This document shows, piece after piece, positions 51,608-64,000 of a DNA stretch of 64,000 nt. Within the stretch, counting starts at the first letter, position 1. The number at the start of each line of letters is the position of its first letter. The stretch is from Eledone cirrhosa (Eukaryota): positions 58,962,001 to 59,026,000 of the forward strand of contig OZ024741.1 in assembly GCA_964016885.1 (NCBI GenBank). The letters are read 5' to 3'. Both the position numbers and the translations under genes were made by a program. A model generated the notes under the pieces. The model saw only the letters and a list, made by a program, of their open reading frames with translations, had not been told where the DNA came from and searched no databases.

Positions 51608-54069
51608 GGCCAGGAGGGAAGCTAGGAGACAAGTGTACTTCGCAAGAAGGGAGGCAGAGGAAAGAAAGTTCAAGCATGTTCTACAACGTGAGGACCAAAA
51701 ACGTTAGGTGTTCAGGATTGCCAGGCAATGTGTCAAGGAAAACCGTGATATTATCGGGGAGAAGTGTGTACTTAACGATGATGGCATACTTGCCATCACC
51801 GACGCTGATAAGAAGGTAGCTTGGAAGTGTCACTACGAAAGGCTTCTAAATGAGGAGAACAAATGGGAGAAAGACAGTCTCCCCCACATCGACCCAATAG
51901 AGGGACTAGCAGTGTTAGTCCAGGGTAGTACAATAAGCAAGGCAATCAAAGATATGAAGACGGGTAAGGCGGCTGGTCCTTCGGAAATAGTTGCTGAGAT
52001 GCTGAAGGCATCTGGTTCGGTGGGACACACCATGGTCACCCGGATAGTTAACCAAGTCGTACAGAATGGGGTTGTCCCGAAGGACTGGCGTAGCAGCATC
52101 ATCGTTAACTGCTATAAGGGAAAAGGAGATGCCCTAGATAGGAGTAACTATAGAGGCATTAAATTAATCGACCAGGTCATGAAGCTCACGGAAAAAGTAA
52201 TAGCGCAACTAATCAGAGAGAGAATTGATCTAGATGAAATGCAGTTCGGGTTTGTGTCAGGCAAAAGTACCACAGACGCTCTCTTCATTGTACGACAACT
52301 ACAGGAGAAGTACCTAGCTAAAAGTAAACCCCTATACTTAGCTTTCGTCGACTTGGAGAAAGCCTTCGACAGAGTCCCCCGTTCCATTATCTGGTGGTCT
52401 CTTAGAAAACTAGGTGTTGACGAATGGCTTGTGAGAGCTATACAAGCCATATATAAAGAAACAGTCAGTAAGGTTAGAATTAACAACGAATATAGTGAAG
52501 AGTTTAGCGTAAAAGTTGGTGTCCATCAGGGCTCTGTTCTTAGCCCCCTACTATTTATTATTGCCCTTCAGGCTATAACAGAGGAGTTCAAGACCGGCTG
52601 CCCATGGGAACTCCTATACGCAGATGATCTAACGCTCATAGCTGAATCAATGACCGAACTAGAGAAGAAATTCCAAACATGGAAGCACGGCCTAGAATTA
52701 ACCTGGCTAAGACTAAAGTTCTAGTTTGTAGGAAAGAAAATAAGGCGGCGGTCCCATCTGGGAAATGGCCATGCTCAGTGTGTAGGAAAGGCGAAGGTAG
52801 AAACTCTATTTTATGTCCCAAATGCAAAGTATGGGTGCATAAAAGATGTAGTGGGATCACAGGTAAGCTAACTAAGAACATAGATTTTACATGTGGCCGG
52901 GGCTCTGGTGCAATAAGTAGCAGCAAGTGCCCACAAAATACTAGCTCCTTCAACTGCGCAGAGGGTTCTATAGAAATAGTGGACAGCTTCCGTTACCTGG
53001 GTGACAAAATCAGCAGTGGGGGAGGGTGCTCTGAAAGTACAGTAGCTAGAGTCAGAACTGGATGGAAAAAGTTCAGAGAGCTTATACCACTATTAGCCGC
53101 TAGAGGGTTCTCCCTAAAAATGAAAGGCAGGTTATACGATGCCTGCATACGAACAGCAATGCTGCATGGAAGTGAGACCTGGGCATTGTGTGCAGAGGAT
53201 ATACGCAGACTAGAGAGGAACGAAGCTTGCATGCTCCGCTGGATGTGCAATAGTAATATACGTGAACAGCAAAGCATAAACGAACTAAGGAAAAAATTAG
53301 AAATAAGAGGGATCAGATGTTGTTTACTCGAGAGAAGGCTACGTTGGTACGGTCACGTGATGCGCATGAAAGACGACAGCTGTATAACAAAGTGCAGGGC
53401 AATAAAGATAGACGGTAGCCACGGAGTAGGCAGACCCAGAAAAACATGGGACGAGCTGATAAATTCCGACCTCACACGCTTACACCTCTCCAAGACAATG
53501 TCACTGGACCGAGACCTTTGGCGGTACTCAGTAATAGAGAAGACCCGCCTTAGCTAAATACAAAGTAAAAACCTACTACAGTCAGTAGGCATCTCTATCA
53601 AAACACACCCCCGTCCCACCACCTCCACCCCATCCACACCGCCCCTTTCAATGTAAAGTTATGTTGGTCCCACAACATCCAGGCCGAAACAAATGAGATC
53701 GTGTAGGTGTCACGACAAAAAAAAACACACAGTCCACGCTGTAAATGTGGCCGTGTAGGCAACACGGTAAAAACCTCCCAGCCCCACACTGTAAATGTGG
53801 TTGGTGTTAGGAAGGGCATCTAGCTCTAGAAAACCCGCCAGACAGTCCACGCTGTAATGTGGCCGTGTAGGCAACACGGTAAAAACCTCCCAGCCCCACA
53901 CTGTAAATGTGGTTGGTGTTAGGAAGGGCATCCAACTGTAGAAAACCCGCCAGACAGTCCTATGCGAGCAAGACAACCACTCTTGCCTCAAGTGGGAAAA
54001 CCCCCGTCCAAACCCATGCAAGCGTGGAACACGGACGCTAAACCTGATGATGATGATGATGATGATGAT
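51608..54069 (+). mobile_element. 5'-truncated RTE LINE, head-to-head with the previous copy
   Basis: ORFs 51708-52724 and 52679-53557; 3' UTR has an internal duplication of about 113 bp; (GAT)n tail. Confidence 0.95.
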
Positions 54070-54342
54070 ATATATATATGCATGCTACTGTACGTCTGTA
54101 TACATATATGTATGTACATATACATACATACTTACATTTAAGTAAGTGCCGTACTAAGAGTGAGAAATGAAATTTCGTTTTCATTTTATTACAACTATAT
54201 ATATATAAATATATATATATAGTTTTATAAATATAGTTTCCATTTGTTAATATCGTATTTTTACTCCAGATATTTGTTGAGTGCTTTATATCAGTTATAA
54301 AAATATTTGCTTGTTGTATCCCAACAATTTAAATAGAACTTT

Positions 54343-54377
<35 letters not shown>

Positions 54378-54381
<4 letters not shown>

Positions 54382-54975
54382 TGTTATACTTTGGGAGGGT
54401 CATGTTGCCAATAAGAAACACACGCACCAGTTGCTTTCACTTCAATTTATTATATATTTACAAATTTATAAATTTACAAATCTACAAATTTATAAATTTC
54501 TGGTTGGTTGGTTGGTTCCACAACCAGATAGTTGTTTATATATAGTCATAGTCCTTTCGTCACACACTCTGTGACCTCTTCAGTGACTGGGGATTCCTTT
54601 CTTTGTTTCTGTGCCTTTCCTTTCTTCTGTCCTACGCCATTTTGTTTCTGTGTGTGTGTTGTGTGCTCAGTTTGCGCATGCGCCACATCCGGGTGTCTGT
54701 GTGTGTTTGTGTTCATTTATCTATTTGTTTATTTATTTACATGTTATTTGTTGGTTGTTTGTTCTATGTGTGTGTGTGTTTTCATTTTGTCCTTAATTTA
54801 TAAATTTGTAGATTTGTAAATTTATAAATTTGTAAATATATAATAAATTGAAATGAAAGCAACTGGTGCGTGTGTTTCTTATTGGCAACATGACCCTCCC
54901 AAAGTATAACAATATCGGTTTCAACACACGATTTCAGATAAAGAATCTTGCTAAACAAATTCAGAAACGAAATAT
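54378..54975. mobile_element. Fold-back element (arms 54378-54499 / 54794-54915) with an internal hammerhead
   Basis: About 120-bp inverted arms containing AATAAA; the right arm is extended; (TA)n flanks. Confidence 0.8.
54544..54588 (-). ncRNA. Minimal type I hammerhead
   Basis: Reverse complement: agtca-CTGAAGA-g-GTCACAgagtgTGTGAC-GAAAG-ga-CTA-tgact; perfect stems I and II. Confidence 0.8.
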
Positions 54976-54987
54976 ATATTTATAAAT

Positions 54988-55020
<33 letters not shown>

Positions 55021-55213
55021 AGGAAGAGACAGGGAGATTGTTTGCTTCAGCCAGACATGGATTAATTATTTTTGTCATTGTGATGCACTGTCGTAACTAC
55101 TTTCACTTTACTCACATGTTGCTTTTAGTTCAACACACTGCCATATTAAGCATTCAATATGCTGAAACACACACTCCTACACACACACACACACATATAC
55201 ATACATACACATG

Positions 55214-55246
<33 letters not shown>

Positions 55247-55627
55247 GTGTGTTTATGTATATGTATCTATATATATATTTATATAAATGCATATGTATGT
55301 GTGTGTGTGTGTAAATATATATATATATATGTATATATATGTATATATATATGTATATATATATATGTATGTACGAATATGTATAAAAGGTCTATCTTTT
55401 GTACCTATAGATATGATTGATATTCAAACGTACACATAACCATTATTAACAATGCGTCTGCTGAATATGAATGTTATTCAATAACTTTCTTTTCATCTTT
55501 GATATAAAAGGCAATATACATACAAACACTCACACACCCAAACACCCACATATTAAATTGTATATGTACAGACATATATTTGTACATATGTATGTATGTA
55601 TATATGTAATACACACACACACATATA

Positions 55628-55676
<49 letters not shown>

Positions 55677-55679
55677 AAA

Positions 55680-56245
55680 TAAGCACAAGACAGAACAAGA
55701 TATGCAGGAAAATACGGAGACGAAGTGTTTGGAAGTTAAAGGACCTTTCAGTTAAATATAGCTTTAGAATGGCCCTACAGGATGCATTTGATGAGAGAAG
55801 TGAAGATCTAGATGCCTATGATGTAGAGGACAACCAGAAATTCTTGCATGGCAACCTTTTGCAAACTACTGATGAATTTAGCACCAGCCAGACAGCCAGA
55901 GGGTGACCTGGTGGTGGAACAGCTCAGTGGATAGAGCCATCAAAGCCAAGAGACAGGCTTGGAAAGACTCGAAAAATGGGGGGAGCAGAGATTGGTACTA
56001 GGTGGCTAAGAGAGAAGCTTGTTGATAGTGGTTGAAGAAAGAAACTTTGCCAATGTCTTGAGATGTGAGGATCAGAGACATGAAGTGTTCTGCATTGCAA
56101 GTCAGTGTATATCATGATGTTGTTGGAGAAAAAGTGTTAGAAATGAAAAGGGCCAACTATTGAAGTTGGCAGTTAAAGGGTTAAAGAAGCAATCAAAGAG
56201 ATGAAAAATGGTAAACCTGTGGGACCATCAGAGATGGCAGCTGCT
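55680..56245 (+). mobile_element. Old RTE fragment (EN-RT linker)
   Basis: RRSVWKLKD, RVTWWWNSSVDRAIKAKRQAWK, AIKEMKNGK..GPS. Confidence 0.85.
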
Positions 56246-56439
56246 TCTCCGATAACATTTCTTACTCCCCTCCTTATCACACTACCAGTAGAAAGAAAAC
56301 TAGAAATGAAAAAATAATTTTGTTCTGCCCACTCTTCTCGTTAGAACTAATGTAGGTAGGAAATTCTCCCCAGTCCTAGACAAGCACTTAGGACCTATCT
56401 TTAATATGCTAAAAATATGAAATCCCACATCACCACCAA

Positions 56440-56990
56440 CCCCAAGAGTTCTCTCCCACATGGTTGCTCTTGCAGAATGCCAATATCATGCCCTCTTCAG
56501 CAACAGTGTAACACCTGCAGTTGTCTATGAGACTGAAGTTACATCCACCTGACTGAATCATCAGCAGGAGGTCAAAACATATATAGGTGTGTCAGAGGGC
56601 CAGTTTAAAGAATGCTTCCTTAACCATCAGACGAACTTTAGGCTCTCAGAAAAGTGATCGTCCATGAAACTGGCAAGCCATGTATGGTCACTTATGGATG
56701 CTAACATGAATTTCTCCATTCAAATGGAAAGTTATAACCAAATCTAGACCATGTGGGAATGGAACAGTGTTCTGCAAGCTGTGTATTGATGAAAGGGTGA
56801 ATATCTGGCAGAGGTTACATAATAGTACTTGCCTTAACACATGAGCCAATCTTTTTAATTGCTGCTCCTACACTAGAAAGTATATCATACATAACTAGAA
56901 GGACCCAGGATAATCAGAAGTTTAACCCTGAATGAACTACCTCTAACGAAAATTGTCTGCTCTAGAACAAACTAATTTCAGTTGTCTTCC
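56440..56990 (+). mobile_element. Decayed Penelope-like element, GIY-YIG endonuclease end (Naiad-like spacing)
   Basis: Across frames: SCPL..C..VVYETEV, TYIGVSEGQFKECFLNHQTNF, LASHVWSL, WKVI, CKLCIDE, CLN. Confidence 0.8.
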
Positions 56991-57172
56991 TTGTCACCAA
57001 ACTACCGACATCTGCCACACACAATCCATTCATCTCATATATACTTCCATTCTTACTACAGCCATACATGAGTTGAAAATCCGTCCGGTGAAACATTCTG
57101 CCTCAAGTATGTTTGCTCATTTGTTGTGGAACTAATTCTCTCTCTCTCTCTGTCTCTCTCTCTCTCCTCCCC

Positions 57173-57220
<48 letters not shown>

Positions 57221-58499
57221 ATATACACGCACACATATATATGTATATACACATACATACATATACATATACATATAAATATATATATATATATATATAC
57301 ACATATATACATATACACACACACATATATATACACATACATTTATACACACACACATATATATACATATATACACACACAAGTAATATATACAGTACCT
57401 AATTACATATATGCAACACAACAAAATAAATTGAATAAATTTAAGAAATGACTGAAACTACCAAAATGGAATATTTTACTAATTTATAATTTGTGGATAA
57501 ACAATATTTTTCATAAAAGCAATTCCTCTCTCTTTCTCTCACTTACATTTACCACCCACTTTCTATAAAGACATAAGATCACATGAGTAATACAATTTCA
57601 TTTATGTTATCTCGATTAATTTTACATTTGTCATCATTACCGGAGGAAGCACAGCTATATATTTATATTATAATGGACCTTTGTTGGTTTCAACAATGGG
57701 TGTTCCAGTTGTTCAATCAATGGTACAGTCTGTTCATTAAATTAATCTGTGAGTGGCTGTGCATTCCAATGGCACGTGTGTGCTTTTAACATAATTCTCA
57801 GGGAGATTTGACATGTTACAGTATATGACAAGGCTGGCTCTTTGAATTACATGTACAGAGCATCTGACAGGCTTCTAAAAAGTTTCTGTTTACTCAATTT
57901 GATTCACATGGTATGGATTGACATGAGGTTCTAGCAAATGACCCTTGCTCAAAATGTGACAGTGGGATTGAACCCAGAATCAAAGGATTGTGGAGCAAAC
58001 TTCTAAATCATTTACTCAATCTGCATTCACATATATTATGGACACATATTATTTGTGTCCTTGGGTGTCATGGAGTTACAACGTGTAGAAAATGGAAATA
58101 GAGAAAGTTTGGCAAGATGAGCAAGGAAAGCGCTGAAATCTAGTTGAATTCTCCCAAAGTAGATAATAAAATACAACATGGAGAGATAATAACAGTAAGA
58201 TATGTGAATAAGAATGCAAGTGGGGAGATTATTGAGCAAATAAAACAGAGGATACGTAATAGAGGAAAGTTATTGAGTAGAAAGTAAGAATTATTGACAA
58301 TATGAAGAACTCTTCCAAGATTTACTGGAATGGACAATAGATTGAGAAATAAATTTTGCAAAACTTAGCTGCTAATATCGAGTACAATATCAGAGCTGTT
58401 CTGTAGGGAGCTTAGCTCTAAATAGTTGAATGGAAGAGATTTACTTAAATTGCTTGAACAGTCATGAAGTTGGCAGGGAACACTGACTAATGATACAAA

Positions 58500-58618
58500 A
58501 TGTTTAACACATTGTGCAGACAACACATACACATACTCACATACATACACACACACCCACATACATATATATATATATATATAAAGTTTTAACACATTGT
58601 GCAAACAACATAAACATA

Positions 58619-58702
<84 letters not shown>

Positions 58703-58845
58703 TCACATTGTGCAAACAACATAAACATAGACACACACACACACACATATATATGTATATCATTGTGCAGACAACATATACATAGACACTCACATATATA
58801 TATGCATATATAAAGTTTTAACACATTGTGAAAGCAACATATACA
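58500..58845. repeat. Five copies of cattgtgca[ag]acaaca separated by variable CA/TA microsatellites
   Basis: Copies at about 58503, 58585, 58703, 58760 and 58815. Confidence 0.85.
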
Positions 58846-60629
58846 TACATATATACACACACATACACATGCACACACATATATATAAATATATATAAAT
58901 ATATATAAAGAGAGAGAATATCTAATCGATTTATTGTGAAATGCAAGCCCGATCGAAAGAAGTTCTGACTGTTTACATTGATAAATGACTTTAAGGCACC
59001 ACTTAAGATTGATCAAGAAGTTAAGCACAGTGAAATGATTTACTCTCTTCCATATCTGCCCACTCTCTTTTCATCTATTGCCCAGCATTACTGTGTAGGT
59101 TTGAATATTTGTTAACTTTATGTTTATAGCTGCAGACATGGCTGTGTGATTAAGAAGTTCACAATGGAACCACATGGTTTCTAGTTTCTGTCCCACTGCA
59201 CATGAAGCACCCTGGGCAAGTGTCACTCTGGTATTGTTTTGGGTTGAGCAATGCCTTGTTAGTGGTATTTAGTTGACAAACACTACAGAAGTCTTTTATA
59301 TATATGAGTGTGTGTGTGTGTATGGGTCCATACGTACATACAAAAGTATCATCATCATCAAGCTTTAATGTCCATTTTCCATGCTAACATGGGTATGTAA
59401 GTGTGTGTGTATGTATGTATATACGTGTGTGTGTATGTATGTATATGTATGTATGTATGAATGGAAGGAAGGAAGAAAAGAAGGACATAGAAATACTTGG
59501 TTTGTTGCCCGAGTGCATGGTTAGCCCACCAAGAGTGAGAGACCCCTAGTTTTTGTGAGGACTTCGTTTTAGGAATTACAGGCCAATTACTTGCTTGAAT
59601 TTGCTTTCAAAGCTGTTGAGAAGCATCTTTGTTGGAAATTTGCTTCAGAATAAGATGCTACCTGTCAAATAGAAGGGGGTGTATATAGAATATTATAAAA
59701 TGTTTTTAAAATATTCAGGTTTACCCACACCTAAACTGGTGAAAAGCCACTAGTTGAGTCAGAACACTTCACATTCTTGCTCATGCACCATGCATAATAA
59801 ATTTCCCAGGGATCTCTGAACACCCCTGTAACCATTTCTTTGGTGACTTCATCAACACAAGCACCCACATTTCAGGACGAAGGTATTTTACCTTTTTGTA
59901 TAATAAAAAGAATCTATAACTTTGTCATATAGAAAGTTGAAATCTGTTGAAAATTTTTGCCTGTTCCAAATGGCTTCACTTTTCACTGTCCAATAATTTT
60001 AACAGGAATGTTATTGTGAACATGATACACCATTCTGTCTTACTGACACGTTCCTACTCTTAAAAGATTTAAGGAAATTTTCTTAGGAGACGTCATTGAG
60101 ATTCTTTTTATTGGTCAAAAAGTAACAAATATCATTGTTCAAGGCCATCCATGTCTTAATCTTCATCATCTAGCTTTTCTTATTTGATTTCTTCTTCATC
60201 TTGTTCTTGTTGTTCTTCTTCTTGAGTTTCTTCTTAAGTGAATTTATTTTTCATTGCTTTTCTTTCATCTGTTTTCCAGCACAACCCCCCCCCCCCCACA
60301 CCACCACCACCAGATGATACTACCATTGCATAGCATCACACTCACTCCTCCCTATCTTTATCCTACATCATCACCATCACCACTACTATCACACACCTCC
60401 CCTCCCACTATCCTCACACTTCTCTACCACCACCAACAGCAACACAGCCACCACTACCATACACACACACAAACTACCACTGCCACCACCACTACACACT
60501 CCACCACCACCACTACACACCCCACCACCAACACTGCACACCCCACCACCAACACTAACAGCAGTAACCACATAGCCCCAACCTTCAACAACACCACTAC
60601 ACACCCCACCATCACCACCACTACCACTG

Positions 60630-61150
60630 GCATGGGTTAGACAGGAGGTTGTCATGCTTTTCAGACCAGACAGGTTGGAGCAACCACAACTCATTCATAC
60701 ATTCCATATTGGGCATGGTTTCTCTGGCTTCCTAACACCAACTACATTACAAGGTATATTTGGTACATTTTATCATGACACAAGTACTACCATTTTACAG
60801 AATTTATTGTGTGTATTCTATCATGGCACCAGCACTACTACCTTACATGGTGTGCTGTGTGTATTTTATGATGGAACAAGCACTACCACTGTACAGAGTA
60901 GACTGGGTGCATTTTATCATGGCACCAGCACTACTACTTTACAGGGTGGACTGGGCTACCAGTTTACAGGGTTGACTGGGTGTATTTTATCATGGTACCT
61001 GCGCTACTACTTTACAGGGTGGACTGGGTGCATTTTATTGTAGCATCAGCACTATCAGTTTACAGGGTTGACTGGGTGTATTTTTTCATGGTACCTGCTC
61101 TACTACTTTACAGAGTAGACAGGGTGAATTTTAACATGGCACCTGCACTA
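60630..61150 (-). repeat. RTE-3'UTR-related SINE with an about 39-bp tandem expansion
   Basis: Repeated actttacagggtggactgggtgcattttatcatggcaccagc following gcatgggttagacag. Confidence 0.75.
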
Positions 61151-63366
61151 GAGATATTGTCACAGTACAAAAGTCTCCTACCATATTTCTCACTTCAATC
61201 TCAGATTTTTAATCATTTAAGCACCATGTCAGTTATTCATCTTAGTTAAAACAGTTTCTTATTTCATATGGGAGCTGTGTTAAACAAAACGTGTCTTCAA
61301 TAACAAACCTACAAGTTGATTAGCTTGGCATTGATTTTACCAATCTTTATGGTCCTTCTTAACTCTTAACATCCTGTAATGCTTTAACAGAAATATCTGA
61401 AAACAGTTGAGTCAAATGTTTATAGTGTCTATTCTGGTGGACAGATTGTGAAAATTTGCAGTATTATAATAAAGACTTTATTTTTTTTTAATGTGATGTG
61501 GTCGTAGTGTTGTTTTATACTTTACAATACAGGACATATGTGTAAAATTGGTTTGCAGTTCCAATCTCTGATTAAAACTGTTTCAATTCACATTTTTACT
61601 GTTCAGTGAGGGAGAGATGGACCATGCCCATGAACTGAATACCTGAGCAGAATGCTTACAGTTAACTGGACTCTACTAAAGGTACACATGGACCAGGTGG
61701 TGGTGTTAAACTAGGTGCTGGATTAAGTCTGCTAGCTAAGAGGCTTGTATCTCTAAAATTGTGGGAAAAGCACATGTATCACAACTTCTTAATTCTCATA
61801 TCCTAAAAAGTATTACCTTCGTATTTAGTCAAAATGAAAACAAATATTGAAACTGATCGAATGGAATAAACCTCCATTGGATACAGCAATGAGTGTTCGA
61901 TCAGTGGTACAGCCTGTTCATAGAATTAGAATGGCTGAGCATTCCACAGACATAATTCTCATGGTGACATGTGAACATTATAAAGAGTGTGACAAGGCTA
62001 GCTATGTGAATTACATGTACAGTCAATCCAACAAGCTTCTAAACAGTTTCTGTTTACCCATTTTCATTAACGAGGCTTAGTTTGATATGAGGCCATGATA
62101 AATGACCCTTGCCCAAACTGCCATGCAGTAGGATCAAACTCAGGACCTAATGATTGAGAAGCTAACCTTCTTAACTACTTGGCCATGTTGCATCAAATAT
62201 TGAAGCAGATAATCAAACAACTGATCTTATTAGCTGACTCTCTCATCCAGAACATTACTGAACATAAAATGGAAAGAAAGATAAAGGAAAACAAACAATT
62301 ACATTTAGAATATTAGAACTATTTTTAATTAACAAAACCAATAATGATGATGATCTCTTCATACTTAACAGAGTCGTTAGGTGAACATCAAAGACTTAGT
62401 ATTCCATATAATGGAAGCGTGACATCATTGGCTAGGACTGGAATTGGTTGTTATACGAAGTAAAAGAAATTAAACAGTTTCAATGGAGAATTGAACTTCA
62501 ACTGAACTTGGAACACAGGGAACTATTGCTATTATACACTATTTAGACTAATATATTATACATTTTAAACAGACTTGAAAGCTTAACTGCATGTGATATA
62601 AATAGAGTTTTATTTGTTATTGAACAGGTTTCAATAAACCAGTATATGAAATAATAATTTTTTAGTGAATAACATGTTTAGAAGCTAGAAGTTAGGAGTG
62701 TCACAGAATTCAGATGTCTTTAGGATATTAGAAATTCATTAATGAGACAGGTGTCATTGAGTGGTTAGGAAATTTGTTTTGCAGTTGTGAGGTTTGGGGT
62801 TCAATCCCATTGCTTGGCATCTTAGGCAAATGTCTTTACCATACTTTCAGGTTGATCTTAAGCTTGTGACGAAAATTGAGTAGACAGAACCTTCGTGTAT
62901 TCACGTCAGGTGGACTGCATCTATAATTCAGATGGTCAGCCATGTCAGAGACACTATCATACTGATTTAGCTTTGGAATTATTAAGTTTACATATCTGTG
63001 AAATATTCAACCACTTATACTATTATACAAGATGGCCTGTACCTGTAATTCAAAAGACTAGCTTTGTCACATATTGCATTACACTGATTCAGATTGGGAA
63101 TTAAGTTAAGAGTACATGTCTGAAATACTCTACTGCTTGCACTATAACAGTAGATGGACTGTACTTGTAATTCAAAGGTCTTGCCTTATCATATGTTGTG
63201 TAAAACTAATTCAGAATGCTATGTGTATGTGCGTATTCATGTGTAGACAATAGAACATTATATGTGTGTGTGTGTATATGTAAGGGTGTATACAACAGAA
63301 TGTTATGTGAGTTTCTGTGTATGTATTAGGGTGTCAACAACAATGTTATGCGTGTGTGTGTATTAA

Positions 63367-63584
63367 CCCTTTAATATTTCAATTACTCTATATTTACTAT
63401 TGTATTTTCATGGTAAACACTTTATTTCACATAATTCTCACATAATATTGGATCTATGAGATTTTGATATTATTTATTTTAAGAGCAATACCTTAACATA
63501 AGTATGAGCAGCTGGTTACGGCCGGTTGAACAGAAAGAGGGGAGAGAATTCTGGCCAGATATGGCTGGTTTAAATGCTAAAGGG
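63367..63584. mobile_element. piggyBac-like MITE, family 1
   Basis: TTAA-CCCTTTA ... TAAAGGG-TTAA; body matches 42053. Confidence 0.85.
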
Positions 63585-63594
63585 TTAAGGTGTT

Positions 63595-64000
63595 TCCCAT
63601 GAAGGCTCCGTAGAAGTGGTTGATAGCTCCTGCTTCCTAGATGATCTAATTAGCAGGGGAGGAGGTTGCTCTGAGAGCATAGTAGTTAGAATAAGAATAG
63701 GATAAAGTTCAGGGTGCTACTACCTTTTTTTTTTTTTACAGCAAAAATGTTCTCTCTATGATGCCTGTATGCAATGCATATGTTGCATTTTAGTGAAACA
63801 TGGGAAGGGAATGCAGAGGATATGTAAAGGGTGGAGAGAAATGAAACGAGCATGCTTTGTTGGATGTGCAATGTTAATATGCATGAATGACAAAGCCTGA
63901 ATGAGTTGAAAGAAAAGTTAGGTATAACAGGAATCAGATGTAATATGCAAGAAAGAAGACTGCACTAGTATGGAATTGTGATGCATATAGATAATGATTG
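63595..64000 (+). mobile_element. Old RTE 3' RT fragment
   Basis: GSVEVVDS, GGGCSESI, ERNETSML.WMCN, QERRL. Confidence 0.8.

Noticed and set aside
3054-53277. Recurrent antisense ORFs over RTE copies (e.g. 5274-5675, 48282-48683)
   Set aside because: Shadows of the sense ORF, repeated only because the element is repeated; no domain signal.
56440-56990. TGA codons in the PLE remnant as selenocysteine (Naiad-type) and a possible SECIS
   Set aside because: The TGAs fall at non-Cys positions in a frameshifted copy, and no SECIS geometry was found by eye.
8110-59028. Many YIYI/HTHT/VCVC ORFs in the track
   Set aside because: Translations of (TA)n/(CA)n microsatellites that lack stops by composition.
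60254-60694. His/Thr/Pro-rich ORFs
   Set aside because: Degenerate (CAC)n low-complexity tail next to a SINE.

Overview
AT-rich, repeat-saturated animal DNA, most likely a cephalopod such as Octopus (inferred from the SINE/RTE repertoire and the density of (TA)n/(CA)n). No confident host gene. Most entries in the ORF track are microsatellite artefacts or antisense shadows of retrotransposon ORFs. Contents: about 12 copies or fragments of an RTE-clade LINE whose RT carries an inserted C4HC3 PHD finger (two are near full length), a nearly intact CR1-group LINE with a tandem-CCCH ORF1, fragments of CRE, Expander-like RTE, Penelope (GIY-YIG) and mariner elements, SINEs, piggyBac/pogo MITEs, and a 44-bp satellite born inside a SINE. 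The main hidden signal is a set of about 12 recognisable type-I hammerhead ribozymes, plus several decayed ones, from many unrelated sequence families. They sit in short non-coding elements embedded in (TA)n, often as fold-back inverted repeats or a terminally redundant unit, which fits non-autonomous Penelope-like elements or retrozymes. All structures were folded by eye and need computational and experimental confirmation.
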